Under the pieces are notes generated by a model that was given only the letters and a program-made list of their open reading frames with translations, did no database searches and was not told where the DNA came from. A DNA stretch of 64,000 bases. Source: Camelus dromedarius. Taxonomy: Eukaryota. Location of the stretch: the NCBI RefSeq assembly GCF_036321535.1, contig NC_087436.1, forward strand, positions 64,048,001-64,112,000. The letters run 5' to 3'. This document shows positions 1 through 13,369 of the stretch, piece by piece (the stretch's first letter is position 1; the number at the start of each line of letters is the position of its first letter). The position numbers were made by a program, and so were the translations under genes.

Positions 1-2968
1 CTGGAGGTGTAGAAATGAGCACCCAGCTGCTCGTTTGAGGGCATCTCTTTGAATCCTTGGCAGACGCGGTCCAGGCTCAGCGGCTTGGCTAACTTGTGTG
101 CACCCCTGGGCTCATCGACAATTAGAAATCCTTGGCAGGGCACCTGTGCAGGGAAGCGTCGACTCCAAGGGTGTGGAGGCACCAACCCACTGCCTTCTCC
201 AGCTAGGTAGTGACACTTCACCATTTCTGTTGCCTCTGTATGGCCAGGGAACTTGAAACAATCTATAAAAGAAAGACAGTCTTTCTACACATTAAATGTC
301 ATCTTCCGCATAGAGCACCAGCCACCCCTGCTTGCAGGAGCATGCAGTCGTTGCGGAGGCTGGAGGGGGGCAGAGTGCCTCTCTCATGCTCCTTTAACTC
401 TGCTCACCAGTCCTCTCACTGATGGCCTAAAATCTATGTGTATCGTATCCCTTTGCAAAAGGAGGGGGAGATTTTTATCATTTCATCCCAAAGTTATAAG
501 CCATTCCTGGAATTAAGCAATTTGGCCTCTGGTGCTTTCAGTGTAGCTGCCTGGTAGAGCAGAAGGGCAGTCCAGTGACCCCAGGGAACTGGAAAAGCCG
601 TGTTCCTTTGGCATCATACTGTGACATGTGCCATTTCCTGGGTGGTACTGTGGGCTGGTTAGCTCCCAATCAAACCCACCTTCTTGGAGTTGATGGTCCC
701 ACGATTGAAAGGCTATGTAAGACTGAACCTTGTCTTACATGTAGAAACATGCCCAGTTTTACATAGCTACTGTGCCAATGTCTGCCCTTCCCTTTTCTTC
801 TCTTCCCATCTCCATTCTGACAGGGACATTATCCTTCCTGCCTTAACCTCTTCAACCTCAGTGTTGTCCTAGGACATAAATATAATGTCATTTAACTATC
901 AAGTAATAGGGCAAGATAGTCCAGTGTTTATCTGTGCAGATAATTGCAAATACCACCTTGTTGTTCACTTCAGCAAAATATAGATTAATACATTTTAACA
1001 GGCATCTGTTTAATAGACATCTCTGTTTTTACTTCCTTCTGTTTGTTTAGTGACATCTAGTTTAATTCCAGAGCTGAGCTTACTTCATTCTTAGAGAAGC
1101 AAGGCCCTTTCTTCTGAGCCCCAGTCAACAGTCAGAACTGGTCTTTCAGCAACAACCTTGGCTCATCAAGTTCTTTGGGTTCAGTCCTATGTATCTCTTT
1201 TCTTTCCTGGCCCATGGTCAGAGTGAAAATCCAGTGACGTTCCCTACTTTCACTTATCTTTTCCATCACTGCTTTTTTCCCTTTTTGTTCTTAGAATTCT
1301 TTTGCTGAAGGCTCTCAAGTTCTCATTTTTCTGTAACAGCCTCTCAGAATGCTCCCCATCCCCAGTCTTTGTCTACCCAAGAATTACCATCTAGAATTTA
1401 TGGTGACTCTTCGTGGGTGACAGGTGAGTCACTGTGCCAGACTTAGATTTAGTTTTCTGTTGTTCCTTTTCAGTTCACATATTAGCGTACACATGGTCAT
1501 TTCTGAGCCGGTTATAATTACCATGCTCCCATCAGACGTTAGACGGCCCCTCACCTTGGCTCGGTGAGGGGCGTCTCGGAGCCTGTAAGTTACCCGAATG
1601 GCTGAGATTAATGATCACTTCTTTAAAAGAAAACACCACGAGTTCACTTTAGAGTTTATTTTGGCTATAACTAGAGAATCTTTAGAATTTGTAACAGTAA
1701 ATAAATCATTTCATTTTGAAGTGTGCGAGACAAGAAAAATTTCCCTCTCTCTTTGTTTTTTCCTGAAATGTCATATTAGTTTCTTCATTGTCAGAAACCA
1801 CTTGTTTTCTGTGCATGTGTGATTATTCTAACTCTAGGGTCGTTAATAGAGCTGAGATCTTGATATGGAGTGGCCAGCAGAAGACCATTCATTTCACGGG
1901 ACTCTTTTTAGATTCTTGACCTTAGATGAAGTGCAAATACCACTGCTGAGGTGAATAATCTTTGAATTATAAAGTAGAATGTATTTGACCTTTGTTTACT
2001 GATCTCACTTTAAGGGAAAAAGGAGGAAGTGAAAATCCTGGGGGATTTTCTACTTCTGCTTCAATTTGCCTAGCAAACAACTTGAGGGGACAGCTCAGGT
2101 GGGACTGTGGCATGAAGTTGTAATTCCACCCCACTCTGGAGACATGTAGGTGTTAGCTGGAAAAAAAACGATGGAAAAGGGATGTTCTACAAAATCCAAC
2201 TCTTGTCTACTACCCTTAGAATAAATAAAAGGTTTATGAAAGTGGAGCCTCATTATCTTCATAAATAGAGATTATTTAAACTCTTAACGAAGAAGGAATG
2301 GGAAATATATCCTACTGATAAATCATATTTGACCTCTTTAAGATACTTAGAACTTGATTATTTTACTAATCTGTGCTTTGGAAGCAAGTTATATATCTAA
2401 ATGATCATAAAATCTTTTTTATTTACAGTTTTGTTTTCTGGAGCTCAGCATGAAATGCAGTGCCTGGCACATAATACATGCTTCATAAATGCAGATTGAG
2501 TGAATGAGGGGTAAAGCTTTGTCTTGCAGTTACAAAGATGTCTGCGAAAGATGGCTTAGGGAATTTTAACCTTTCCTTATGGCCACATATTTTCCTGTAA
2601 AGTGTTTCTTATCTTTCAGAATTATATTACAATCCTAATGGAAATGAATGATCTGGTTTTTTTTTTAATTCTTGCCTTGGCTGACTGGGCCTTGGAATTT
2701 TATGACTAATAAAATACAGTGTTTCCCTTTTCACTTTCAAATGTAGCACTTAGATTTTCATTTTTCATTCATGGGTCTATCTTTGTAAAACCATTCTGCT
2801 GTCAACAATCAGAGGGTAATAAGCCCTAATTGTTAAACACAGTCAGTAGAAGCTGTGATATGCTGATATTCTAAAGCTTTGAATATTTAAAATGGTCGTC
2901 ATTTGACGTTCTGTGACATCTGGACTGCTCAGCAAGCTACTCTAAAAAAAGAACTGGGAATTTTCTTA

Positions 2969-3547
2969 AATGTTTTATTTTGGATCAATTTCAACTTAGA
3001 GGAAAGTCGTAAAAATAGTGTGAGGAGTTCTCATATACCTCTTAATCAGCGTGCCTTAATGTTACCATTTATGTAACTGTTACGGTCTGAATGTGTCCCC
3101 CTGAAATTTATATGTTGAAATCCCAATGTCCAATGTGACAGTATTAGGAGATAAGTCCTTTGGGAGGTCTTAGGTCATGAAGGTGGAGCCCTCATGAATG
3201 ACATTAGTGCTCTTATAAAAGAGACCATACCGAGCTCCCTAGCCATCCCCTTCTACCCTGCGAAGACACAGTGAAAAGACTGACACCTATGAACCAGGAA
3301 ACCCTACCAAACACTGAATCTGTGGCACCATGATTGCGGACTTTCAGCTTCCAGAACTGTGAGAAGTAAATTTCTATTATTAATAAGCTACCCAGCCTCT
3401 GGTATTTTGTTATAGCAGCCCAAACAGACTAAGACAGTAACTTTAGTTTGATTATGAACATCTGGAAATTAACTTTGGTAAAATACCATTTACTCAATTC
3501 TGAGTTGCAGATCTTGTTCAAATTTCATTAGTTTTTCCACTAATGTA
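2969..3547 (-). mobile_element. Old L1M (L1MB/L1MC-like) 3' fragment, split by an MLT1A LTR
   Basis: 2969-3077 (ttttattttggatcaatttcaacttagaggaaagt...ctcatatacc) and 3442-3547 (ggaaattaactttggt...ttcaaatttcattagtttttccactaatgt) resemble consecutive parts of an antisense L1M 3' UTR. Boundaries approximate. Confidence 0.7.
3078..3436 (+). mobile_element. MaLR solo LTR, MLT1A-like
   Basis: Begins TGttacggtctgaatgtgtcccc and ends ttatagcagcccaaacagactaagaCA, with typical internal ggtggagccctcatgaatg and ccagaactgtgaga motifs. Perfect 5-bp TSD GTAAC at 3073-3077 and 3437-3441. Confidence 0.93.
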
Positions 3548-4949
3548 CTAGGAGAGTTTTAAAATGTCGATTAAGTTATAGTTGGAATTGTGTAAGACTG
3601 ATAATTTTTGCCATTGTTTACTTTCTTAAAATAGTAATGACAGGTCATGCCTCTTTTAATACATGATGCTGTAATAATGGTGTTCCTTTTTTCTTATCCT
3701 GGAGTTCATATTCGAATGCTATCATATGAGAAAAGGAATACCATTATTATTTTAGGAATTCATTAAATGTTACTGATGTTAACGTTTTATTTGTATCACC
3801 ATTTAAACGATCTTTTCCGTAGCATGATAAATTTTGCACTTCCGAGTCAGTGTGTCTATAGAATCAAGTTAAATATCCTAGTTTGATTTTAGATCTGTCA
3901 TACTATAAAAGCTATATGTATACTTCATCAATCTCATCAATCATAAAAACCACTATTCTTATAGTAGAAGATAGTAAGTGGTAAAAAGTAAATGTTTCAG
4001 ACTAAAACAGGACTGAGAGGAATTTAAGCATAGCAAACTGTGATAGAGGAAAAATTTGATTATTTGGTAAAAGGCCTTCCTTAGTCCTTAACGTATCTAA
4101 CAGCCCGCTATGTGGGAAATTTTCCTGTGTGTCTAATTGTATGCTGCAGCATAGATTAAATCCCTCTTTGTCGGCAACCGATGATAACTGGTTGTCAGCT
4201 CATCGAGGGCAGGTTCAGCTCTTCTTTTTCGTTACGGGTTTCAGCGGAGCATGGTATCTGGCACACGTGCACAATCAGTGTCTGCTTACCTGAGGGAGAT
4301 TTGGTCTAGAGGCAAAGCAAGGACTTGAGAGGCCTGCTCAGTTATCTTCCAGCTGGTAGGCCCAGGCTCTGAGCATTTTCAGGGAATCTTCTGGAACGTT
4401 CCTCCCTGTCACCTAGTCACACCACACAGCTAGTGGTCTGCCTGCTATGCACGGTATTTCGTGTGTTTGTGTCTTTGCTCCTGTGCTTGTTGAAGCCTCG
4501 TTTGTCTGTTTATGGGTAGTGAGCAGTAACGAAACAGCCTCTGCCACATAAGTTGTATATATAGTAAATTTTTGAAATAAAATCTTCCAAATAAGTATTA
4601 ATAGGGCAATGAAAAGAAATACTCTGGTAGCCCATCTAGACATTATTTATTTCATAATGTTTTGAGAAAACTTGAATTTTTGGGTAGCAGGGTTTTTTTT
4701 TTAACATTTGAATTATAATGTACATATTAGACTTCTTGATTTTCAGGTTGACATTGGATATCTGACATTTTTTTACCTTAATTTTTTTCTTTTAACCATA
4801 CATGTGGTAATTTTAATTTATTTTAATTTATAAATGTGTGAAAAGCCAGGCTAACTCAAATGACTTTATGAATCAAAAATCCAGAATGTACTTTAAAAGA
4901 ACTTATTTCAGCATCTGTTGTTTAAGTGAGGGCTAAGTAAATTCTGGAA

Positions 4950-5135
4950 ATCAGAGTGCCTAGAGTGTAGATTTTGGCTCTAGCAATTATATGATATTGG
5001 CACGTCCTGAGTCTCTTGCAAATTGGGGATCCTAAGTAGACTTATATCAGTAGTGTTAAGGTTCATGAGATAAGAGACCTAAATCACATAGTGCAGTGTT
5101 TGGACCACACGGAAGACTTAATAAATATTAATATA
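4950..5135 (+). mobile_element. MIR SINE, degenerate
   Basis: tctggaaatcagagtgcctag...ggctctagcaatta...aaattgggga...agtgcagtgtttgg follows the MIR layout. Confidence 0.55.
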
Positions 5136-5619
5136 ACTCTTTAAAGAAGGCATCATTTTAGTGTTTTAAATCACCGTATACCATATGATAATATTTTGAG
5201 AGAGGACTGAGGATAAATTAGTGTAACATATCATTGCTTGGGAATTAGAAGTTACACTATTTAAAGTTATATCATTTAATTTTGGTATGTGTTATTTTCC
5301 TTTTAGATAAAGAAGAGATTTGTTAATTTACTTTTGAATAAATTTAGAGATTATCATAACATGTAAGTGCTTTATCCGAGAATGGCAGATAATCAGGCAA
5401 CTTTAAGAATAAAGAGCAGTGGAGAGATGGGAACAAGCGAGGAACAGTATGACAACAGGAGGAGAAGAGAGCTGTCAGATGATGGTGACTAGTAAATTTC
5501 CCCTTGCTACCATAGTAGTTACAGTGCTGCCACAGAGGCATTTTCATTTTACTGGGCTCCTTGAATAAGAATATTGCTAAATTCAACCAAGTGAAAATCT
5601 AAATGAGATAATGAAGACA

Positions 5620-6085
5620 AATATGCATAAAGAGATTTAACCAAATACAGCTTTGTCTTCTTTCTTGGTGCAAAAATCATTCCAAAGGGGAGTAGTCCCA
5701 AACTAGTGCAGCAGGTTGGTGATGACAGTCAGACCTGAAACTGCTACTGCTTTATAGCCCGGTCATGTTGCTCTTATGTCCTTTGGGCTCTCATGGGCCC
5801 ACCATGGATGCTTTCCTTTCAGCCCCTTACATTCCAGGCGTTCATGTCAGCCATGGGAGGGAGGAGAAAGTTGTGCAAAAGTGTTGGAACTAGGATTGGG
5901 AGAGGAAAACCTCCCTAGAAAACACTCAGCCTGTATGTCTTTCATCAGTGGTGAGCTGCTGGGCCACTCCTAGCTACAAGGGCCTCAGGGGAATCAAGTA
6001 ATTTTTTAAAAAGCACATTCTTACTCCAAACAATATGAAGTTTCTGTTACTTTGGAAAAGGCGGGTGAATGATAGGCCACTAGTC
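5620..6085 (-). mobile_element. Old MaLR LTR, MLT1J/K-like
   Basis: Diverged motifs ggccactcctagctacaaggg and tttctgttactttggaaaagg are characteristic of antisense MLT1J/K. Confidence 0.55.
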
Positions 6086-6489
6086 CTGTCTGCAGAAGCC
6101 CTCGGCACAGTTCTTGGCACACAATGAATCCTCCGTGTCTGGTAGCCATTCTGCTGTTGTCCTTATTGTTACTGTATTGGATTGCATTTCTTTTAGATCA
6201 TCAGGATTGGTCCTAGTTTGGTTAAATGCAACAGTACTTAGTAGAACTTCCAAAAATTGCATATATTCCAAATATCGCAGCCCTTCTTATTTCTGAATTT
6301 GTAATGTGGGCTTAATTGCGTAAGTTGTTAAGAAAGTGTAATGAGATATTTTCCCCAATGTTTTTAAACCTTTTCACTCCCATTGTGTGTTTTTTTTTTA
6401 ATTTGCACAGTTAGGTTTACAACAGATAACATATTTACTGTTTATTTGAACCACCTGTCACATGAGTTTTATAGTAGCATAGCTTTAGT

Positions 6490-7030
6490 TACCCATTCAA
6501 CAAAATATTTACTGTGTGCCTATTAGAAATGTGTATCTTGATATGCATAATAATATCTTGAGGTTTATCAAGCTTGTCGATCACTCTCAAAGATTTTAGT
6601 CTTATATAAAAGTGAATTGTCTCCTGCGGGAAAGCACCGATAAGAATGGGGTGGTGTGGCTTGGGCTCAGCCAGGCAGGCTTCTGTCCCCTGCAGGCAGC
6701 CAGTCCACGCTGGTATTCATTGCGGTGGACAAGGAAACCGACGCAGCAGCCCAGCTGGGTGCAGTGGCCCAGGACAGTGAGGCTTGTTAGAAGGATCCCT
6801 AGGAGAAGACAGCCTCAGCAGTGCGCAGGGCTGGACCAGGCGTGCCGGATGAACCCTGTGCTGCAATGAAAGGAGATACGTGCGATGCCAGTGGGTGGAC
6901 TGAAGCTGCTGTTGTGCCTGTAGTCTCCTCTGGCAGGTGGGTGGAGCAGAAACTGAAGCCGGAAGACATCCTGTGATTCCAGGAGAGAGGGTTTGAAGCA
7001 GGAAGAGGCCAGCAGCTGACTAGTGATTCA
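6490..7030 (-). mobile_element. L2 LINE fragments
   Basis: cattcaacaaaatatttactgtgtgccta is the reverse L2 3' end, followed by purine-rich L2-like sequence. Confidence 0.55.
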
Positions 7031-7129
7031 CTCAGGGCAATACTTTATGGAGGTTGTTGGGAGGGGACAAAACACAAAAACAAACCGTCTCCCAGAATTA
7101 GGCCCTGGTCCTTTCCTTTCCTTGGGAAT

Positions 7130-7420
7130 ACTGTACTTTACCTCCATCTCACCATCCTTCCCTCTTCACCTGGCAATTTCAGGCATGTCATTTAGTGTCA
7201 GATTAGAAGTCACCCCCTCTTCCCCTTCCCCTGAATCTGGATAAGGTCGTCCTTCCTGAATTTCCTTAGCAACTGCACTCCCTTTGCTGTAGCAGTTCTC
7301 AGCGCTTCTGGTCACTGTCTACCTGCTTTGTTTCCCACAAACTGTACGTGTGCTCTTTGTTTTATCCTCTGGGGCTGTCTCACTGCCTGGCACATGGTAA
7401 ATGCTAAGCGTAAGTTAATC
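7130..7420 (+). mobile_element. L2 LINE 3' fragment
   Basis: Pyrimidine-rich body ending tgcctggcacatggtaaatgct. Confidence 0.65.
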
Positions 7421-7589
7421 AAAGGTATCCGTAATCTCATATACTGCATGGCAGTTTACAGTGCCTGCGTAGGAGTATATTTGAGCGTATAACACTGAGG
7501 AGTATGACTGCGCTGTGCTGTTTCAATGCCAGAATGAGACCATTAGCTCGGAATAAGGAGAGAAGCGTTCCTAGGCAGATAGATGAGGA

Positions 7590-7760
7590 AAATTCCAAGG
7601 TGTGAATTTGTGCAGGTGCTTTACCGCCCAGAGCCCCAGTTTCCTAATCTGAAAACCTTGGAGAGGATGGTGACAACTCCCAGCTGGGACTGTGTGAGGA
7701 TTAAGTGTGGAGAAACCAGACTCAGGCTTGTTACAGGGTAGGTGATCAATTACTGTGATA
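7590..7760 (+). mobile_element. MIR SINE
   Basis: Core cagtttcctaatctgaaaa...gtgaggattaa. Confidence 0.65.
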
Positions 7761-7799
7761 TATATTAGATTATACACTCTGATGTAGTCTTATCTGGAT

Positions 7800-8020
7800 T
7801 TAAAGAGAATGTCGATTTTGGAGCCTGTTCACTTAGGTCTGAATTCCAGTTCTGCCAGTTACTAGTGATGTCACTTTGGAAAAGTAAGTTTATTCATCTT
7901 GAAAGTGGGCTAATGATAGCGGCTGCCTCACAGAGCTGTTCTGTGGACTAAATGGCTGAAGACATGTTTAGAACAGTGCCTGACCCTTGAACATGTGCTC
8001 TAAGATACTCAGTTATTAGT
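7800..8020 (+). mobile_element. MIR SINE
   Basis: tggagcctg...tctgaattccagttctgccagttactag...tttagaacagtgcctgac. Confidence 0.75.
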
Positions 8021-8729
8021 ATAGGCAGAGACACTAAAAATACTGTGTGAAGAGGCAGGCCCTCAGCTTTCATCAGGGCAGTCTCCAGACTATGACCAAA
8101 GGAGGCCACGTCGTATGTGGAACTGCCCCCAGCACCACCACCCACCTGAGGTTGTCATCAGTCATGGTGAGTTTGTTCTTTGTGTAAGCTTGAATGTGGG
8201 TTGAGGTGGTGTCTCAGTAGTTCTATAATGTAGCTCTATTCCAGAATTAAGTGCTCGAGTAATTATTATTACTGCCTTTTAAAACAGATTTCTTTATTTT
8301 ATAATTAGTACTAAAATCCATTATGAGAAAAGCCATCTAGTTTATTCTAATACATCAGTGAAAATGTAAATATCAAATATAATATATAAAATACCAAATA
8401 TAATAATAATAAAATTTTGTATTCAGCATATTAAAATTACTTTTATTTGAGTTTTATTTAAGTGCTTCTGTACACATTTTTCACTTAGAACCATGTCATC
8501 TATTTACTTTTGAGTGTATGGAGTGATGTGAGTTAAATCCCTACAGTTCTTCCTTTTTAAATTAATCTCCTTTTCCTTTATTTTAGTTTCCTGAGCTTCT
8601 GCCTTCTTTCTTTTCAAGGCCATTGCTCTCAGCCCTTTTATAACAGATACACATTTTATATTTTTTCCTCCCTTCATCCCTTTAGTTGCAAGATGTGTTA
8701 GCTGTTCTTCCCAGGCTTTACTGCTAACA

Positions 8730-8960
8730 TAATACAATGCTTGTACTTTTTGAGCTGGATGAAATATTGTATTTACCATCCAGATCCTCCATTTTATAGA
8801 CCAAGAAGTTGAAGTTGTGAACAACAGTAATGAAGTTAGCCTGAAAGCCACTATGTCTCCTGGCTCAAGTAGCCCATGTGGCCGTGCTCTCTGTGCTGTG
8901 GGAGGTGGAGGCTCTTTAGATTGGAGCTGGGGAACTCTGGAGGGTCGTCCAGACAATACA
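8730..8960 (-). mobile_element. MIR fragment
   Basis: cctccattttatagaccaagaagttgaag is the antisense MIR core. Confidence 0.5.
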
Positions 8961-9089
8961 TGAGAAGATATAATGAGGTTAGTTCCTGCTGTGCTGACCA
9001 TGGAAATGTTCCAGTGTTGCAATTAGAATTCATCATAGATTTGTGTAATGCTTATTAACCAGTTAATGAGACAAACAGGTGAATTTAAA

Positions 9090-9410
9090 TTGTGTATTCA
9101 GCATGCAACAATTACATATTTGAGTACCTGTTAAAAACCGTTGGCGTTGGTCTGGTTACTAGGGATCATAAATTAACAACAGTGATTTTTGTCCTTGAAA
9201 ATTTTTCTAGAGGGGAGTTTTCTAATGCATAATAAACTTAAAAAAGTGAGTAAATTACATTGCCTTTAGGAAGATACGTGCTGTAGAAAAAAAGACAGAG
9301 CAGGATAAGGAGATTAGAATGAAAGGTTGAGGAGAATGGAAGGCAGGTTGTCACATTAAATAGGGTAGGCTTCATTGAGAAGGTGACATTTGAATAAGAC
9401 TTGAAGGATG
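9090..9410 (-). mobile_element. L2 LINE fragment
   Basis: atttgagtacct...actagggatcata...ggcttcattgagaaggtgacatttgaataagacttgaagga. Confidence 0.75.
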
Positions 9411-10549
9411 TCACAACATATAAGGAAGTTTAATCCAAATTTCTATACAATTTCTAATTGTATGGAAGTTAGGAAATGAATAAAGAAAGGAGTGTGTATT
9501 TGTTATCTCTACTGTTTAGACATTGTTACATGTAATCCATAGCTATACCTATGAACCCTGCTCTAGAGGTGAAAAGTAGATTTCAAAGACACTTGTTAGG
9601 GAAAACTTCAGTTACTAATAAGGAGTGAGGCAAAATGTATTGATAGGATGAGGATGAAAGATAAAATGGCTTGCTCAGGTTAAGGATTTTGGCATTCTCC
9701 TTACTCCCACCATGGAAACAGCCTCTTTGAGAAGAGACGATTTTTTTTCCTTTTGAAATATTACACTTTTTTCACATTTATAGTAAGTTTATCATATCTT
9801 AAAATATGTTTGGTGAAATGGCTACTGGATTTCTAATGACATTTGCATCAATTTTGGTGTGGAGTTGCTTATGAAAGACTGTTAATGTTAATCTGAGCGA
9901 GTGCAGGGGCTGCCCTCCAGGTTCAGCATCAAATTTAACTTGTTTCTTGACACTGGAAGTCATTATAAATGTCAGAAGTGCTTGCCAATAACTCTAAGCT
10001 GTACACCCACATATTCAGTATTCCCAATCTAAGTAACATTAACAACATTTTATGAGGGTAGGGATTTTTCACCACGGTGAGCTCTAACTGCCAAGTAACT
10101 CACAAGTCCTAGTGTAGTAAAGTATGAGCCCTGTTAATACTGGAGGATGCGGGTAGAAAAGCTTCTTAACTTGTGACAGAGAAGAGTATTAGAATACACT
10201 TCCTTCAAAATTCCTGTTATGGTAGAAGCTGTGGTTTGGCAGTTGTGGTTTAGCACATCTAAGCTGCCAAAGTGCGAGTTGTATCTGTTATCACTTAACT
10301 GCAAGGAGAATGCTGCAATGTCAATAATCATGCTCTGGTTTTAAAACATATTGTGGATCAGGCCAGTCAACAGAGAAGTTGAAACTGGTTTCCTGAGACT
10401 GCATTTGATGTTGGATCAATGTGGCATTGACCTGAATATTGTGCTGAATGGTGTGGCAGAAAGAGGATGAGCTTTTGGAAATTTTGGGGGTGTGTGTGTG
10501 TGCATGGGTGTTGTGCTGATGGGGTTTTTAGGAGGAGTCAGGAATTCTG

Positions 10550-11460
10550 ATGAGTAAAGCAAGAGAGGTGGGTGTCAGCCAGCTGCTGGGTGTTGACACC
10601 CTGATAAGGAGTTTGGACTTTCCTGCAGTTAGCAGGTGGAGGAAGCGAGGATATGTAGTTCTGTGAGGGAGGCTGGTTTAGAGATGCCTCTGGGAAAGGT
10701 GTTAAGGACCTAACCAGGCAGTAGCCATGGGGATGGTGAGAAGTGTACTGGTATAAGAGGTTCTAAGGAAGTAAAACATTTAGGAGTAAAGACTAAATCA
10801 AAGATGGATAGTAAAGGAGAATGAATCTAGGTTTATTTACATGTTGCTTTCCTGGGAGGTAGAGAGGATTGTGGTGTCATTTTATGGTCTTAGAAGACCA
10901 TGAAAAAATTTTGTTGGGAAAGATTGCATTCACTGTAGGACATTTGTTTCCTTTCTACATGGGTATGGGCTGGATATAGATTTCTGGAGCTACAGGCGGG
11001 ATTTGGGCTAGAGATTTAGATTTTGGCATCTTTGTGCAGAGGTTGAGGCCAAGGTTATGAATTAAATTACTAGGAAGAGTCATAAAGTGCAGGCGTAGGA
11101 TATAGCCAAGGATAAGTTCGTGGGGAACTCTAACATTGAAGGATCAAAACTAGAAAAGGGAAATAAGAAGGAATGGTCAAAGAGCTTGGAGGAGAAACAC
11201 TTTAGTTTAAAAATGGAACCAAAGACAGTGTTTCAGAAGTTCTTATTTCAATGTAATTAGTGACTTTTTTCCAGCGCAGTGTTACTGAAGGGTGCTGATG
11301 GCTGAAAGATGTTTGCGGGGGGTTGGTGATTGAATGAGGGGGTGAATAAGAACAGACAGCACGTGTAAATTATTTCCCCATTTATTGGAAAGAAGAAGAG
11401 AAAGCTTTGGCAGCCTCCAAAGTAGAACTGTAGACAGCTGTGAGGGTTGGTTTTTATGTG
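10550..11460 (-). mobile_element. L2 LINE, long diverged fragment
   Basis: taaggagtttggactt, ggcagtagccatggggatgg, gggctagagatttagattttggcatc and agtgactttttccagcgcagt are antisense L2 motifs in the expected order. Confidence 0.7.
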
Positions 11461-13351
11461 TTTGCTGCTCCGCTCACTTGCACTTTGGTGATAAGGGAGG
11501 CTGGAATGTGATGCTGAATGGTACAAGTCACTCAGGAAAGAAGATCTGAGTAAAAGCAGAACTTAACAGAGCGAGGTCCCAGAAGACATGGAAGGAGAGC
11601 CTTGGTTTGTTCTTCTGCACGTAGAGATAAAAATACATACTTTAAGGCTGTAAGGAATTATTGAGAGAGTATGTGCTCATTTGTCTAGTTAAATGCCTAG
11701 TGGTAAAAGGCACTCAGTAGATGTTAGGGCCACTCAGCCACCAAATCCTCACTCCCAAAATGTGCCTTGCTGACCTAGAGTTTGCACTAGCAGATACGTA
11801 GTAAATGAAAGTACTGAACTGCACTGTGTTTACTTTACCCTACATTTATGATAATATAAGAAGGGTTGAGCTGGTTGATCTGTAATTCTTAATTTGCCAA
11901 GTTTAAGCTTATGATTTGGCTAACTTTTTTAATTACCACATCTTTTCTGGTGATGTCACTGATTGTATAAAGCTTTACAAATATAATACTTGTAGTTCAG
12001 AATGATAGTGCAGCGTGCTAGAGTTTGTGGACCAAACTGTTGCTTATGAAATAGAGACAGAAGGGACATAAAGATTCCTCAAATGGTGAGAAGCACAGAA
12101 TGGATAAAACATAGGTGTGTAAAACCATCTCAAAGTGACTGAATTGCTCCCTGGCCTGAAGCTCTTTGCTAGGACTGAGTTGAAGTATGACTAGATCTGG
12201 TGAAGTAGTGCGTCACTCAGGAGAAGAGCTGGGTAACTGTGAATATATAGAAAAGGGATTCTTTGCTCATTGGTGAGACCATCACTTTGCTGAGCTGGAT
12301 AACTTGACCACCTGTGGAGGTCTTTAAATACTTGAATCAACTGATGCCTCTTGTTCTAATTTCTTGTTTGTCTGACTTGCCCTGAAGTCTGCCTTTGGGG
12401 ACTGATGGATGAGAGACCTCTGATACCTGGGTCCCAGTGAAGGTCATTTCTTCTTGTAAATTAGTAAGTTGACATTCTGTTTATGTGTATCAGTCTCTGT
12501 GGGCTTGGGTATAGTGAAATCTGCTCTTGAGAAGCCTTTTTTCCCCTAAATGTGCAGCTTTCATCAGTGTATCTAAGCATGTGAGAGTGACTCCTTCTCT
12601 CTGCAATGTGGCAGTGAGGAGACACCTTGCAGCTTTTTCCTGGCCCCATCAGTCATTTTTCTACCCTGTGCACCATGGAGGTACAAAATTTATACCATTG
12701 AAACTCTTCTTGTTTATTCTTTGGTATTATATGAAGACAGTCTTTATTACATATGAATATTATTCTAATAAAGCTTTCTAGGGATTATACATATAAAATA
12801 AATTTTTGCGAGCATGCATCAATAATATGATAACAAACTATTTTTAGTGATTTTTAGCCTCTGTGAGTGGAGGTCAGTGTAAGATATATAGGTTTCTGCA
12901 GTCTGTCTTATTAAGTTTAAGAAAACCATGATAAATTCTAGTAATAATTCCTCTGAATTACAATTGTCACATGAAGTTGTTTTGGAAAAATATTATTTAT
13001 TTCATAATTCAATAAAGTGAATTAGAACTAAGTTTCCTCAGTGGGGTATGTATCAAAACTCTTTTGTCTGCACAGTGAAATCATTACTGTAAATCTGTCT
13101 AGGCCGGCATTCTTCCTGTCCTTTTACACAAACAAGGCTATGAACTTGACTTTCTGGTTCAGATTTTACTACATTAAAATCTTTTGCTCCATGTGTGAAT
13201 TTACATATAATTCTTCACTCATTTGTTTTCAAAATGAAAAGAAATGTATTTATTCATCTGTAGTTGTATTCCATCTGAGTTTATGGTTTTATATTTTACT
13301 TCATGATTGTTGCTGACTAGTAAGGAATCACTTGTTTATTTTCCTTAACGT

Positions 13352-13369
13352 GTTGTTGTTGTTGTTGTT
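13352..13369. repeat. (GTT)6 microsatellite
   Basis: Read directly from the sequence. Confidence 0.9.

Noticed and set aside
8504..9022. Longest ORF (172 aa, minus strand)
   Set aside because: Non-ATG start, overlaps a MIR remnant, the K-rich tail simply mirrors a T-rich plus strand, and I recognise no domain.
10570..10601. Inverted repeat gggtgtca...tgacaccc
   Set aside because: Only 8-bp arms, inside L2-derived sequence; expected by chance.
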